A stretch of 64,000 nt of DNA, filler included, from Jimgerdemannia flammicorona (Eukaryota), in assembly GCA_003990765.1 (NCBI GenBank). It is 3 parts of 3 records of this genome, joined end to end, with 100 filler letters (N's around TTAATTAATTAA, not from the genome) between each part and the next. Parts side by side here need not be neighbours in the genome. Positions count along the whole stretch, not along the records: positions 21,586 to 43,064 come from RBNJ01001441.1; positions 43,165 to 64,000 come from RBNJ01001581.1; 1 more part is not named here. The stretch is one strand, 5' to 3'. This document shows positions 34,820-47,609 of the stretch, piece after piece. Under the pieces are notes generated by a model. That model saw nothing but the letters and a program-made list of their open reading frames with translations, was not told the DNA's origin and did not search any database. The first letter of the stretch is position 1. Every line of letters starts with the position of its first letter. Both the position numbers and the translations under genes were made by a program.

Positions 34820-36511
34820 ATGTCTGCCCTTTCGCAAAAAACAAAAGAAATAAAAGCCATTCTAATCGATATAACCGGTACAATACTCTTCCACGGCAAG
34901 CTCGTCGATGGCTCTATTGAAGGCCTAAGGCACCTGCGCGAGTCGGGCATTCCGGTAAACCCTCGTTCCATCGTTCGACGACCTCTGAGGAATCTCACCG
35001 TGAAAGTTCTCACGCGTTGGTTTCTTCCCAATATTTAGTTCAGGTATGAAGACAGCACTAAAATTATGAACTTTTAACTGCAAGCTTTAGATAAATGCGC
35101 TAACGAAGCCAGAAACGATCCGCTTGTTCGTCAAGAATCACTACAAACACCACAAGGGAAAGTTCGACGAACCTGATGAACAAGCTTAACAATATGGGAT
35201 TCAATGTCCAACGCCATGAGGTGAGAACCATGTGTATAGCCATTAGAAGTTTGACATTTTTTTGCTGTGGAGTGGATCCGCCAATAACATAAATATCCCC
35301 CGGTATACGGGCCGATATACGATCCTAAAAGACAATGTATCTCCTCAAAATCTCTCTGCGTAGATCTTCACCACGCTGAAAGCGTGCCGCAATCTGGTCG
35401 CTTCGAAAGGGCTCAGGTTCATCGATAACGACGCCAGATATCATTTCACATTGCCAGAATCTTTTAATTCTGACATTCTGACTAACGACCGATCGATCAC
35501 ACAGACCTCTCCTCCTACTCGACGATATATCGCGCGAGGAATTCGACGATATTCCCACCAGCGAACCGAACAATGCCGTTATCATTGGGCACAGCCCGAC
35601 GTCCTTTCGATATGAGCTGGTGGGCGTCTGAGCATTGTTTCAAATGAATCATGGCGTTGGATTATTGTCAGTCATGGTTGCCGCGACTAACCAATGCCGT
35701 TATCGACTTGCAGCTGAACAAAGCCTTCCATCTCATCCTGAACGGGGCGCCGCTGATTGCAGGGCACAAGGCGCAATGGGCCGACAGGGAAGGCGAAGTG
35801 GACCTGGGACCAGGAGCGTTCGTTACAGGTATATACGTATTGCTTCCTGCAATCGAGCTCGTGCGTGCTTGGAATGTCGTTGTCTGATAATGTATGTACC
35901 TTACGTCCCCCCATCGCTTCACATGCAAAAAATGAAGGCCTTGAGTACGCGACGGGAACCGCCGCTGTCATCGCAGGCAAGCCGTCAAAGAGTTTCTACG
36001 AGTTGGTACTCGAGGACATGTAGGTGCTTTGATCGATTTCCAATTGTTCTATGATGGCTGAGGATGTGATGTTGATGTTGGCGGTTTTATTTCGAACCTC
36101 CCATGACAATTTATTCGCGCCTCCGTTTGCAGAGGCTGTCTAGATTGCCCACAGAAGGTCGTTATGATCGGTATGTGGGCCAAGTGAAGAATGGAATGCT
36201 GCCACAACGCTTAGTGTGTTGATCCGTCTTTTGTTACAACAGGTGATAACATCCACTCGGACTTCGGGCACAGCGCCCATGAACTAGGGCTGATCCGGTA
36301 TCTGGGTAGGTACTTGTTCTGCGGGTTCCAGAGTGCTGACTTCATTTTGATCTCATCCTTCCTTTTCCTCCATTTTGCAGTCAAGACAGGTAAATACCAC
36401 GATGGCGACGAGAACAAGACGGACGAAAAAGGCGTGCATGGGGTGGATGGTATATTCGATAATTTCGAACGCGCTGTGGATCACATCGTAGGAGGGAGAT
36501 CGTCAGCGTGA
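34820..36511 (+). CDS. HAD-superfamily class IIA hydrolase, HDHD2/LHPP-like, copy 1 (~10 exons)
   Basis: [67 protein letters not shown] junctions. Confidence 0.88.
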
Positions 36512-36998
36512 TCGTACGTTTGGGCGGGGGTGGTATGTGTAGTGGTTACAGATAGAGTCGCTGGATGGCAGGCGAGGGTGTGGTGTGGTGTTTTTATCAT
36601 CCCCTAAGTTATGATTGACGAGCATGCTTTTGATTGCCATGTTTCTTTTCCTGGTTTGGGACATGCATTACTCTCCCACAATGGTAGAACGCGTCAAATT
36701 TCCATCTCTCATACTGTACAATTTGTGGCTAATGATGGCTAACGGCCCTCTTGACTATTGATGGCCAATGTACACGCCTTGCCGAGCATTGTTCTTAGTC
36801 CTTTTTGTCCTGCCTTTTTTTTACCTTGCGTTTCTCCTTATAATTTTGTAAGGCATTGCTCCGTTTCGTCTTGCCTTGTCTTGTTCCTTTTCGTCCTGAG
36901 ATACTATAAAAATCCTCTCCCCAATGACTCTTCTTTCTGCTCATCAAACATTCTTTGTCGCTGGCACAGCAGCGTCCACCCATCTCTATAACGTCAAT

Positions 36999-37640
36999 CA
37001 TGTCAACCCCACCTCTATCAACCACACCTTCATCCAATCCTCCACCCCGAGCCGCCTCCTCAAGCCCTGTGCCACAAGAATTTGAAATAATGGACATTCA
37101 TCTGGATCTACGAGAGGACGTGATTGCCTCCTGCGATAACCAACAGGAGGCTTCAACGTCTTCTCCCTAAATCCTGGCGTCCATTGTGGAGTCAAGGTAT
37201 AGATATATTAATAGCGTCCATGAGATCGTTCTCCGGGCTTTGCTGGATGAAACTGTCCCTAAAGACAAGTTGGACATAGACAATATTGGTTAGTAATGGC
37301 CAAAGTTTTATAATTATATTAAATATCATAGTGTATTTATATTTTAATTGAAATTATCTATTAAATTATAGATCTTTGAAAAATTAGTTGAGTATAATTT
37401 ATAAATTATCAGAATTATCAAATAGTATTTATATTCTTTATTTATTTAATATAATAAATATTAACACTATTATTAATATAAGCTTATCAAAGTAAATTGA
37501 TAAAATAAGAAATTTAATAATAAATATAATATAAAATAAAAGGTTTTACTTAATTTTATTAATTTTATAAAAAAAACATTTACATAATTAATATATAATT
37601 ATATATATATATAGATATATAGAATATTTCTATCAAGTAT
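36999..37640 (+). pseudogene. Gene or TE fragment grading into an extremely AT-rich block
   Basis: The MSTPPLSTT.. frame continues past a stop (ILASIVESRYRYINSVHEIVLRALLDETVPKDKLDIDNIG). The sequence then loses nearly all C and G from ~37300 to 37630. Confidence 0.4.
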
Positions 37641-37747
37641 TCTGAGGCAGGGAACCATGCTTTTCGGGCGGCGGCTTAGAAAGTAATATTGACCCAGTCA
37701 GGTGACATCTAGCCCTTCCCCACAGCCACGCCGTTCTTCACAGCACC

Positions 37748-39451
37748 ATGTCTGCCCTATCGCAAAAAATAAAAGGCGTTCTAATTGATATAACCGGTAC
37801 AATACACTTCAGCAACAAGCTTATTGATGGCTCTGTTGAAGGTCTAAGGCGCCTGCGCGAGTCGGGCATTCCGGTAAGCCCTCGTGTTTCGATCGTTCGA
37901 CGACCTTTGAGGAATCTCACCATGAAAGTCCTCACGCGTTGGTTTCTTCCCAATATTAGTTCAGGTATGAAGGCAGCACTAAAATTATGAACTTTTGGCA
38001 GCAAGCTTAGATGAATGTGCTAACGAAGTCGCTTTGTTCGTCAAGATTCGCTTCCAATAACACAAAAGAAAGCTCGGCGAGGCTGATAAACAAGCTTAGC
38101 AACCTGGGATTCGACGTTCAGCGCCACGAGGTGAGAACCATATGTATAGCCATTCTCATTTTGCCAAAAATTTGACATTTTTTGTGGTGGAGTGGATCTG
38201 CCAATATCAAATATCCCCGAAACGAGCCGGTTTATCCTAAAAGTTAATGTATCTTCATCCAAATCTCTCCGTGGCACCAGATCTTCACCTCACTTTCAGC
38301 GTGCCGCGATCTGGTCGCTTCGAAGGGGCTCAGGTTCGCCGACAACGACGGCCATCGTCGGATATCATTTCACATTTCCAGAATCCTTTCATTCTGACAT
38401 TCTGATTAACAACCGATCGATCACACAGACCCCTCCTTCTACTCGAGGACATAGCGCGCGAGGAATTTGATGGCATCCCCACCGGCGAACCGAATAATGC
38501 CGTTGTCATTGGGCTAAGCCCGACATCCTTTCGATACGAGCTGGTGGGCGTCTGAGCATTGTTCCAAATGAACCATGGTGTTGGGTTATTGTTGGTCATG
38601 GTTGCTGCGACTAACCAATACCGTTATCGATTTGCAGCTGAACAAAGCCTTCCACCTCATCCTGAACGGGGCGCCGCTGATTGCAGCACACAAGGCGCAA
38701 TTCTGCACCGAGAAGGAAGGCGAAGTGATCCTGGGACCAGGAGCGTTTATCACAGGTACGTATTTGCTTCCTGCAACCGAGCCTGCGCGTGTTTGGAATG
38801 TTGTTTTGGTAATCAGGTCTGATCATGTACCTTCCGCCTTCTCCCTTCCCATCGCTCCATGTGCATAAACGAAGGCCTTGAGTATGCGACGGGAACCACC
38901 GCTACCATCGTAGGCAAACCATCAAGGAGCTTCTACGAGCTGGCGCTCAAGGATATGTAGGTATTTTGATCGATTTCAAACTACTTTATGATGGTGGTAC
39001 TATTCTCGAACCTCCCATGACAAATTGATTCGCCCCCGTTTGCAGAGGCTGTCTAGATTGCCCACAGGAGGTCGTTATGATCGGTATGTGGGCCAAATGA
39101 AGAATGGAATGCTGTCACAACGCTTAGCAAGAAAACCATCTGTATCACGTGTGTTGATCTGCCCTCGCTTACAAACAGGTGATAACATTCGCACGGACTT
39201 CGGGCACGGCGCCCATGAACTCGGGCTGATCCGGTATTTGGGTAGGTACTTCTGAGTGAAGTTCCAATTGCAACAATCACTGTCATTTTGATCGCATCCC
39301 TCCTTTTCCTTTATTTTGCAGTCAAGACGGGGTATTACCGCGACGGCGACGAGAGCAAATCGGACGAGAACGGCGTGCATGGAGTAGACGGTATATTCGA
39401 TAATTTCGGGAGCGTTGTGAATCACATCGTAGGGGGAGGATCGTCAGCGTG
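37748..39451 (+). CDS. HAD-superfamily class IIA hydrolase, HDHD2/LHPP-like, copy 2 (tandem paralogue)
   Basis: Same exon structure as copy 1: [40 protein letters not shown]. Introns align with those of copy 1. Confidence 0.88.
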
Positions 39452-40121
39452 ATCGTACGTTTGGGGTGCCCACACGTGTGGTGGGTACGGATAGAGTTGC
39501 TGGATGGAAGTCGAGGGCGTGGTGTGGCGTTTTAAGTTGTAGAGTTACTATGGGGTTTCCATGACTATTGGAACAAGCAAAATCGATCGACATGTCTTTG
39601 ATTACGATGTCATTTGTTCAAGACGGGTTTACATGATAGTTTTGACCATTGGAGGTCCTTTGCAAGATGTTTCTTTTCCTGGTTTAAGACATACATTGAA
39701 TATTCCCACAATGATAGAACGCGTCAAATTTCCACCTCCCATACTACTGTACTACTTTATTCTAACCAATAACAAGTTGAGCATGAACGCAATTTGCCTG
39801 GAGTTGCAACAAAGCGAAGGCCCACCCCCCTCGCTCGCTCTCCTTCCCAAATGGAAAAGAAAAAAGATCAGACGGAGAAGGTGCCAACAATGCCTCGGTT
39901 TTCTTTTTCTCATTTTACGTTCGTTTTTTACTGTCGTACGAGAACTCCATCAAAAAAATATATGCAAACTATTTTGGAGCTTGGAACCCGGTGCCAGACA
40001 TACGATTCACACAACCCCACCATATTTTGAATCACCCTGACCCGCAGCACAGCACCACCATTCTCGCCGTCATCATTCCTGCCAAAACCCCTGTATATGT
40101 CAAACTATACTCACCCGATCT

Positions 40122-41827
40122 TCATTTAAACACAAACACAGCCTCCTCACGATAACCCATCTCCCTCATATAGTTCGTCATGTTGTGGTTGAACGAGGCC
40201 GGCCCGCAAATCAGGATCCGGTATAACGAGTCCGCGAGGTCCGACGCGGAGGGGAGGAGCTTGGCGAGGAGGACGGTGTCGAGACGGCCGACGGAAGGAA
40301 TGAGGTGGGTGTAGGAGGTAGGTGAGACTAGGGTGGACTGGGAAAGTGGTTGTGGCGGCTGAGGAAGAGAAAGAGGTGATTGATGAAGTGATGAAGTTGA
40401 TGTAAAGAAGGGAAGGATCGTGAGTTTAAGGTCGTTAGAGCCAGATCTTGTCACTATATGATAAGTACATGTCACGGTGCCGTCCAACAAACCAATAAAC
40501 GCCACGATAGACAACTTAAACAAACCCCGAATCGAAACTTACCCTCGTAATGACGTGGTACACGCGCAACACATCCAACTCCTTCGCAAGGATCTCTAGC
40601 TCCTCCCGCAACCACACGTCCTCTTCCGTCGAGTTACTGTACACGAGGTCCAAGCGCGTCATGTCGTCGCTTCGGTGGTCGCGCAGCTTCATCAGGATCT
40701 GATACATTGGCGCAATTCCCGAGCCAGCGGCGAGCATGATGAGGCGGGCGGCCTGCATGGAGATCCGCTTAATGAGTGATGGACTATGAGCACGATGAGG
40801 AAGGCGAACATTGTAATTATGATTACCGTATTGGGGACGTAGGAGTAGCCGCTGTGGATAGGGCCGCGGAGGTGGATGGAGTCGCCAATGGAGAGAGATC
40901 TGAAGTACTTGGACATGGCGGTGTTCGGGTAGCTCTGATGGTGTCAATGGCGAGGGAGTCAACCTTTTAATTTGTGCACTTCCCGAGAGAACGATGTAAT
41001 GGTTACATGAAACATCTGATGCCCATGTCACGAATATTTTACCTTGATCATAATCTTGAATGTCCCTTTCGTATCCGGATGCGATATTGGGGTGAAGGCT
41101 TTGGTGATGATGTTGCCCATGTAGCTAGCCCTGGCAAAGATGTAAAACGAAAGCGAGACATTCGTTAAGAAATATTCCCAGAATTTTGTTCACCCGCATC
41201 GTCATTAACATAACTATACCTCAACAAAACATGCTCTCCATCCTTCACCCCAAGAGCTCTTTCTGTCTCGTCCTTGGCGCAGGGCACCCTCCCAACTACG
41301 ACGACCAATTTAGCCGACACGTGGTGAATCTCCTCGACACGGAACGGACGGTACGCCTTGGAAGTGAGCGGTCGATCGTCCGCCGCCGCCAGCCTTTGTA
41401 GGCGCTCGCTAGCGACGCTCGACGTGTCCGAGCCGTCCCGCGAGAAACAGCAAGACTCGAAGTCGAGCTTGAGTTGCTCGACGAGCTCCTGGTGGTCGCG
41501 TAGCTCGCCACTGTAGACATCAAAGACGCACGGCGTGCAGCCGTTGTTGCAGCAATCGGATTGATCCGGCTTCTCGGGCGAGTCGGGGAGGTTCAGGCAG
41601 GGCTGGGATTGGAGAAAGATGGGGAAACATTGGTTGGCGTAAAATACCAGAAGAGAGTGAAGGGGAATTTGGTTAAGACAAGATACCTCTCCATCTTCGT
41701 AATAGATTCCTACTGGCTTTGCAAACTTTTTTTTCAAAAGGTCTTGTTCCCTTTTTTCTTGCTTGGCTGCAACTTCTGCCTTCACCTTCGCCACCTCTTC
41801 AAGATATTTCAGCAATATCGGATTCAT
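40122..41827 (-). CDS. CYB5RL: NADH-cytochrome b5 reductase-like protein with N-terminal oxidoreductase-like Cys motif (multi-exon)
   Basis: PEKPDQSDCCNNGCTPCVFDVY, FAD-binding GEHVLLR..RATWATSS..MSKYFRSLSIGDSIHLRGP, NAD-binding MLAAGSGIAPMYQ, LICGPASFN. Confidence 0.85.
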
Positions 41828-43064
41828 TATCAACGATCTGTGGCTGCACGAATCACGTGAACCAAAAAGGTCGACGACGAAATATGATTGTTGCTAAGAA
41901 CTATGGACAAATTATATTTTGTTTGCTCCAAAGTATTTTCTTTCTTTTTTTTTTTTTTTTTTTTTTTTCTTATTACAATTTGCAATCAAATTTTCCTGCA
42001 AATTAGTCATATATAAATACAGGACCGTAATAAGGGATACTGTCAAAACCCAATTTTGTAATAAAATACTATGAAGTTGTATAGCTTATGAAAGCCCTAT
42101 TTATTACGCAGGACGGAGCAGACGATAAACTTTCGTTAAGCTGCAGTCTGCTAGTCCTCCATTCTCTGCGTGAATTTGACTGGTAGCCACTGCCACCGGC
42201 TCCGCCATCTCGAGGATCCGTTGAATACGCTGACGGAGGGAGGCGCGAGAAGATATGATTTTTTTCGTGCGTGTTTGTTAGTCCATTCTTTGCGGAATTC
42301 GTTGTTAGGTCACTCCTGTTTCACTGTCAGCTGCCTATCTACGAAGAGCGGCCGAAATAATTCTAGTCGAGCACCCGAGCATACACTAAAAAGTTCTTGA
42401 ATGAGACCTATCAATTAATTACAGGCGGACGAGGTAGACGGTGGCGAGTTGCCGCCTGTCAGGGTCATGAAATAATGATCGGATCCGCCAGATTTCCGTA
42501 TACGTCATCTCCATTGGCCAATGAAATGCGACCTTGGCACAAAAATTTTCATTTCAGTGGCCAATTCCATAAGCGCTGGCAGAGGGGTGAAAACTAGTAG
42601 TTATAAGCTGGCGTCTTCCCCATAGCATTATAGCGCTTAGGGCTGAGCAAGGTCGAGAGACCGAGTTCATATGGGCACGGCGAGGGACTGGGCGCTCTAT
42701 AAAATCAGCGGGCCGAAGTGTTTTTTTTTTTCTTTATTTTATTTTTTTATTTTATTTTTATTATCAAATATATACACTCATCGATTCTTACTATGGCCGC
42801 TGCGAGCGAATGCACGCAATTTGCAACTTAGGTATTCACCCTGACCCTTTCAGTATATGTAGAGGCCGGCATATGCGAATGAGGCGCGAATGCGGGGGAG
42901 GCGAATGAGGAGGTGAGCGAATGAGAAGAGGGGCGAATGAGGAGGCCGTGGGCAAAGAGGGTAAAAATGGTGAAGACCAATACCCGAACTGTTGCTCTTG
43001 CTGCGAGATACTTTTGTAACTCCCTTCCACTTTATGTGCGATCTCTCGCGGAGGAGGGGGGGGG

Positions 43065-43164
43065 NNNNNNNNNNNNNNNNNNNNNNNNNNNNNNNNNNNN
43101 NNNNNNNNTTAATTAATTAANNNNNNNNNNNNNNNNNNNNNNNNNNNNNNNNNNNNNNNNNNNN
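43065..43164. other. Assembly gap with TTAATTAATTAA linker
   Basis: N run with embedded linker. Confidence 0.98.
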
Positions 43165-43618
43165 CTTTTTTTGTGTTTTTTTTTTTTTTTTGTTGTTTTT
43201 GCCTAACACCCATCCCCCACCATCGGCGCGGGCAGAGAGTGAGTGGCGCCACCCCCTCCCCCACCAAAAAAAAAGGAAACAGTCTTTTCATAATCCCGGA
43301 ACCGGTTCAATGGAAATAGAATATGTGATATGTGCTTTTGACATTTTATGATAATATAAATACCGTTTCTAAACCTTCTCAAAGGCGTAATCAAGTAACT
43401 TCAAAACAAGATTAGAGAAGTTGAACGGTCGTTCATTTAACACAATTCTAAAAGTCCGCCCCTGACCACCGCATTAGCCCCAATACTAAGTTATAATCGG
43501 TTTTGAGCTGCTAGTGGTCGCCGAGAGGTCGCGTAACCTATTTTCCTAATATCCCTGCTCGAAGCACCGACGTACACGGTATATTTGGCCACAGGCACAA
43601 CCTATTTTTGGGTGGATG

Positions 43619-44011
43619 CTAGTTCAAGCCGAGCGTGACAGTTCTTGTGCTTCCGGACTTAAGGAAGACTTTCTGGAAACCACGGAGGACCTTGAGGGGC
43701 TCACCTGCCCACTTGGGGAATCCAAGATACAACTGGACGATCTCAACACCCGCAACCTTGCCAGTGACCGTAACCGTCAGAGACACTGCGGGGGACGATT
43801 CTTGAACGACAAAAAACTTCGACTACTTAAAGTGGTGTACGAGAGACCGTGACCGAAGGGATAGAGGAGTCCAATGTTCTTGTGGTCAGGCCAATGGTAG
43901 TCGATGAAGAGACCCTCCGAGTAATCAATCTGAGGGGTTTCGGAAGAGTCGTAGAGAACATTGGCAGGGTAAGTGGAGGCCTTCTTGGCAATGGTACAGG
44001 GAATTTGGCCC
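43619..44011 (-). pseudogene. GH3 beta-glucosidase C-terminal / Fn3-like domain fragment
   Basis: Manual translation, absent from the ORF track: GQIPCTIAKKASTYPANVLYDSSETPQIDYSEGLFIDYHWPDHKNIGLLYSFGHGLSYTT, then a frameshift, then VTVTGKVAGVEIVQLYLGFPKWAGEPLKVLRGFQKVFLKSGSTRTVTL*. Confidence 0.85.
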
Positions 44012-44317
44012 GTGTAGTGCCTACTACCTGTTCAATACATACTCCGGAGTTCCAAAGATTAAGTCTCGAGTTTTGACCGGCTGTTGTTTTTCTTTGGTGA
44101 TAAGGCAGGCTGGCTTGAATTGGTGGATATATCAGAAACGCCATTCTGCAATATTATGCAAATTTTCTCAGCGTCGCCACTAGGGAGACGTGGATCTGAC
44201 ATATTAATAAGCGATGGTGTAGAGGGGGAGTAGGATGCAGGGTATCGGGTAAAAAACAGGTTTCCGTGAAGTCGAACGATGTGTACGTTAGCTTCATGCG
44301 TCGAACCATCCCCTCCA

Positions 44318-44348
<31 letters not shown>

Positions 44349-46445
44349 CTCGCTGAAATCTAAATATTGCCGTATACACCACGTGGCCGCAATGGGGAGA
44401 GGATGTCGTCATTGTAAGAAATCGGCTAGCACATTGCGAATGACGTGAGTTTGATGTGTTTATTCAAATCGACACCAAAAATCGAACAATTTAGGAATGA
44501 CGAACGGGTTACACCACTGCCTTACCGTTTTATGTTAGCCCACTCAGATTTACAAGAGCGGATTAGATCAACAAGTATTACGTTTGTCGGCACTCGCATT
44601 AAGTTCGACAGGTCTTATATGGATAGGGTGAGCCCATTTTGGTCGAGCGTTTCGATGACCCGAAGGGGACTAACACTAGTTAGTCGGAGTCGGAAAAATC
44701 CACTTCCATTGATGTCTTTAGAGAAGGGTGGCAAGAGGAGGGCAACGTACTTTTGGTAGACACTGGATTCTGTGCATAAATGGACGACTGCGCATAAACA
44801 TTATATAACTGGTTACATAGTGGCTACAAACCACCTTTCATTGATATTTGCAATATATACTGGAATAAAAGCTTGTACAAACGGATATAGGTGATTTTAA
44901 GACGCAGGCAGGTATACCGTTGGGAGTAGACTTTATTCGTGAGAGTAGCCTTTAAGCAATTGCCTCAAATAAAGCTTTCGGATTATCAAAATGATGTAAT
45001 CCTATCGACGTAAAAAACAAAGGAAAAATGATCTTTACAATTTCCAGATTAAGTGCTAAAAAGGTGTCGAAAAATATACTGGACCTCAACAATGGATACG
45101 ACGAAAGGGTGTGGGAGCTCAAGCGTGTGCGAAGCCAAGCGTATGTTGATAAGATGAAAATGGCGAAGATAGAGTACTCACTTCCAGATGAGGTCAATCT
45201 TCGCGACTTTATTTGGTTAGACCCAATGGACGAACGCTGTCCGCTGTCTGTCGCTGAAGGCATGGAAACACTTTGGTGGATCAAGCGGTGTCCTCTGTTT
45301 CTGTTATCACGTTTATGCTCGTAGCGAACGTGAAGCCAGAATGTAAATTAGAAATGGTCGGTTTCACTCGCAATGTGTTGGACCTCTGCAACCCAGATAT
45401 ACAATATACAACAAGAGACAAAAATCGATGAAATTTTGGGTCGCTCATCCCAATCGCAGTTTCTTCAGTTTTAAAATTTTCGAATCGCTCACAAATCTGT
45501 TCCGTCCAAAGTAAACACCCTCCAACTTCAGTTACAGTGCAGGAGATGATTTGCAAGTACGGTGCTCCATCATCAACTTCGATTGACCGGATCACCTTCG
45601 TCCCCTCGCATACGCTTGGACCTTAAGATCCAGCCCATAAACCCCGACCTCTCAGCCGGCTCACGTCAATCCTGCACAAAGATCAGGAAGCCATCGAGTT
45701 CTTGTCGTTCCTCCCGGAGTGGTTGCGTGCCTTGGCGATGAACTGGATGCCGGTGCGCAGAAGAACGGAATGAGATTGACATCGGAAGTTCTGGCGGCAG
45801 TTCATGCACCTGCTGGTTTCTGTTGACCGGGTCACGCTGAAGGCTCTGCTTTCAGTTCGGATTCCATGATTTTTGGATTGCTTTGCCTTTGAAAAGCAAA
45901 GCTGCGACGTATTCCAACAAAGTTGAGTCGTGATTAAGTATGGATTGTCTCATAATTCGAATTACTTGAACTTGCACGTTTTTATAGAAAGTGGAATGCT
46001 GTGATAACTTACGCATTGTGGACAATGTTCGGGTTTCGGGGATGCTGTTTGTTTTCAAGTAGGTGAAACGGTTTCCGTGTCCAATCGAGCGAGGCAGGTC
46101 AAACCCGACCTGCTCGTAGCTAGCGCATAAATCTCAGGCGTCGAATTTTCTCACATTAATAAATTGTATACGGTATTCTTTCCCTCTACAATTGTAAGAC
46201 TATGACACTATTGAGATGGTCGCTTTTTTTTTTCTTGGTTCGTCAGTTCCCGCCACGGGCTATTACACTTTGTGACTTCATAATTGCCCCCTTGCCATAG
46301 ATGGCGACTACTAGTATAAGATCGAACCCATAAAAATGGATACAAGGGAACATGCTGTGCTTCGCCATTTCGCGGCACAACAGCCAGGCTTGGTATTTTT
46401 TTCCCTCGGAATACTTACAAAAAAGAAAAAAAATAAAAAAGAAAA

Positions 46446-46529
<84 letters not shown>

Positions 46530-47454
46530 GGGAAATGTCGGAAAGCACTCATTCAAATCGCACCAGTCAAAAACCTCGCTAGTGTTGGCCGTAATCTACG
46601 CTATCACGCCTTCTTTGTGGTACGCGAATATTTCTAATTAAATGAGTATGCCGAGACGCTGCGGAGGGTCTCTGAAGCAGAACACGCTATGCACGAACAG
46701 TAGGCGCCTCAAAACTAATTAGGACAAAATGCGCTAACTGGAAAGGGAGTTCACAATTTCGAATCCATGGGCGAAAATGAGAAAAAAAAAAATCCAATAA
46801 ATTTTTTATTCAGACATAGGGGTTGTCGGAAAATAAGTCCTAGGTGCCTCAAACTATATATCAGTAAGACGATCCGCGGTTACCCTTGCCTCAACTAATG
46901 AACGAGGCTTTCGCCTCAAGGCATGAGTTGGTCATTCAGGGTCACAGATAGCTGTTTTAACGTGTTTAATTTTATCTTATTTATTTATTTCAAAAAAGGT
47001 CTCTCCTAATAGAAACATTCGTTCAGTGAAATCAGACTCGGACTTTCGTAAGAATTTACAAATACCGAGCCAGCTCTCAGTATGGACGTATTGTTCTTGT
47101 AAACGGAGAAAATCAACCCTGAAGGTGCGTTATGGGCCCATTTTTCTTGCTCCCCGTGAGGAATTTTTGCTGTGCTGTTGGGAATCCAGTACGTAATCGC
47201 CAAAACACTGTGTGCTAAATCCGGCCCAACGATATGACGAATTGTGTAAAAACTAACCTTTGCTGTAGTTCGGCATCGTAGTTAATCCGTCACATGTAGT
47301 TTCGCGGAATTCTCTTGCCGAATCTCCTGCCGAAAATGTTATTTTTTTTTGTTTTAGGATTTCGAAAGAAAGGAACCGATAATTTTATCCTGAAACTCTC
47401 GTAAAATAATAATAATAAATAAATAAACTCTTTGAGCGTGTGAAATTTCTCATG

Positions 47455-47609
<155 letters not shown>

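Noticed and set aside
24153..41827. HIS5, chitinase, E2, HAD and reductase genes as a functional gene cluster
   Set aside because: No shared pathway or backbone enzyme; looks like ordinary gene neighbourhood.
46420..46530. Alternating poly-A/poly-T blocks and poly-K/poly-F ORFs
   Set aside because: Homopolymer low complexity, probably partly sequencing noise.
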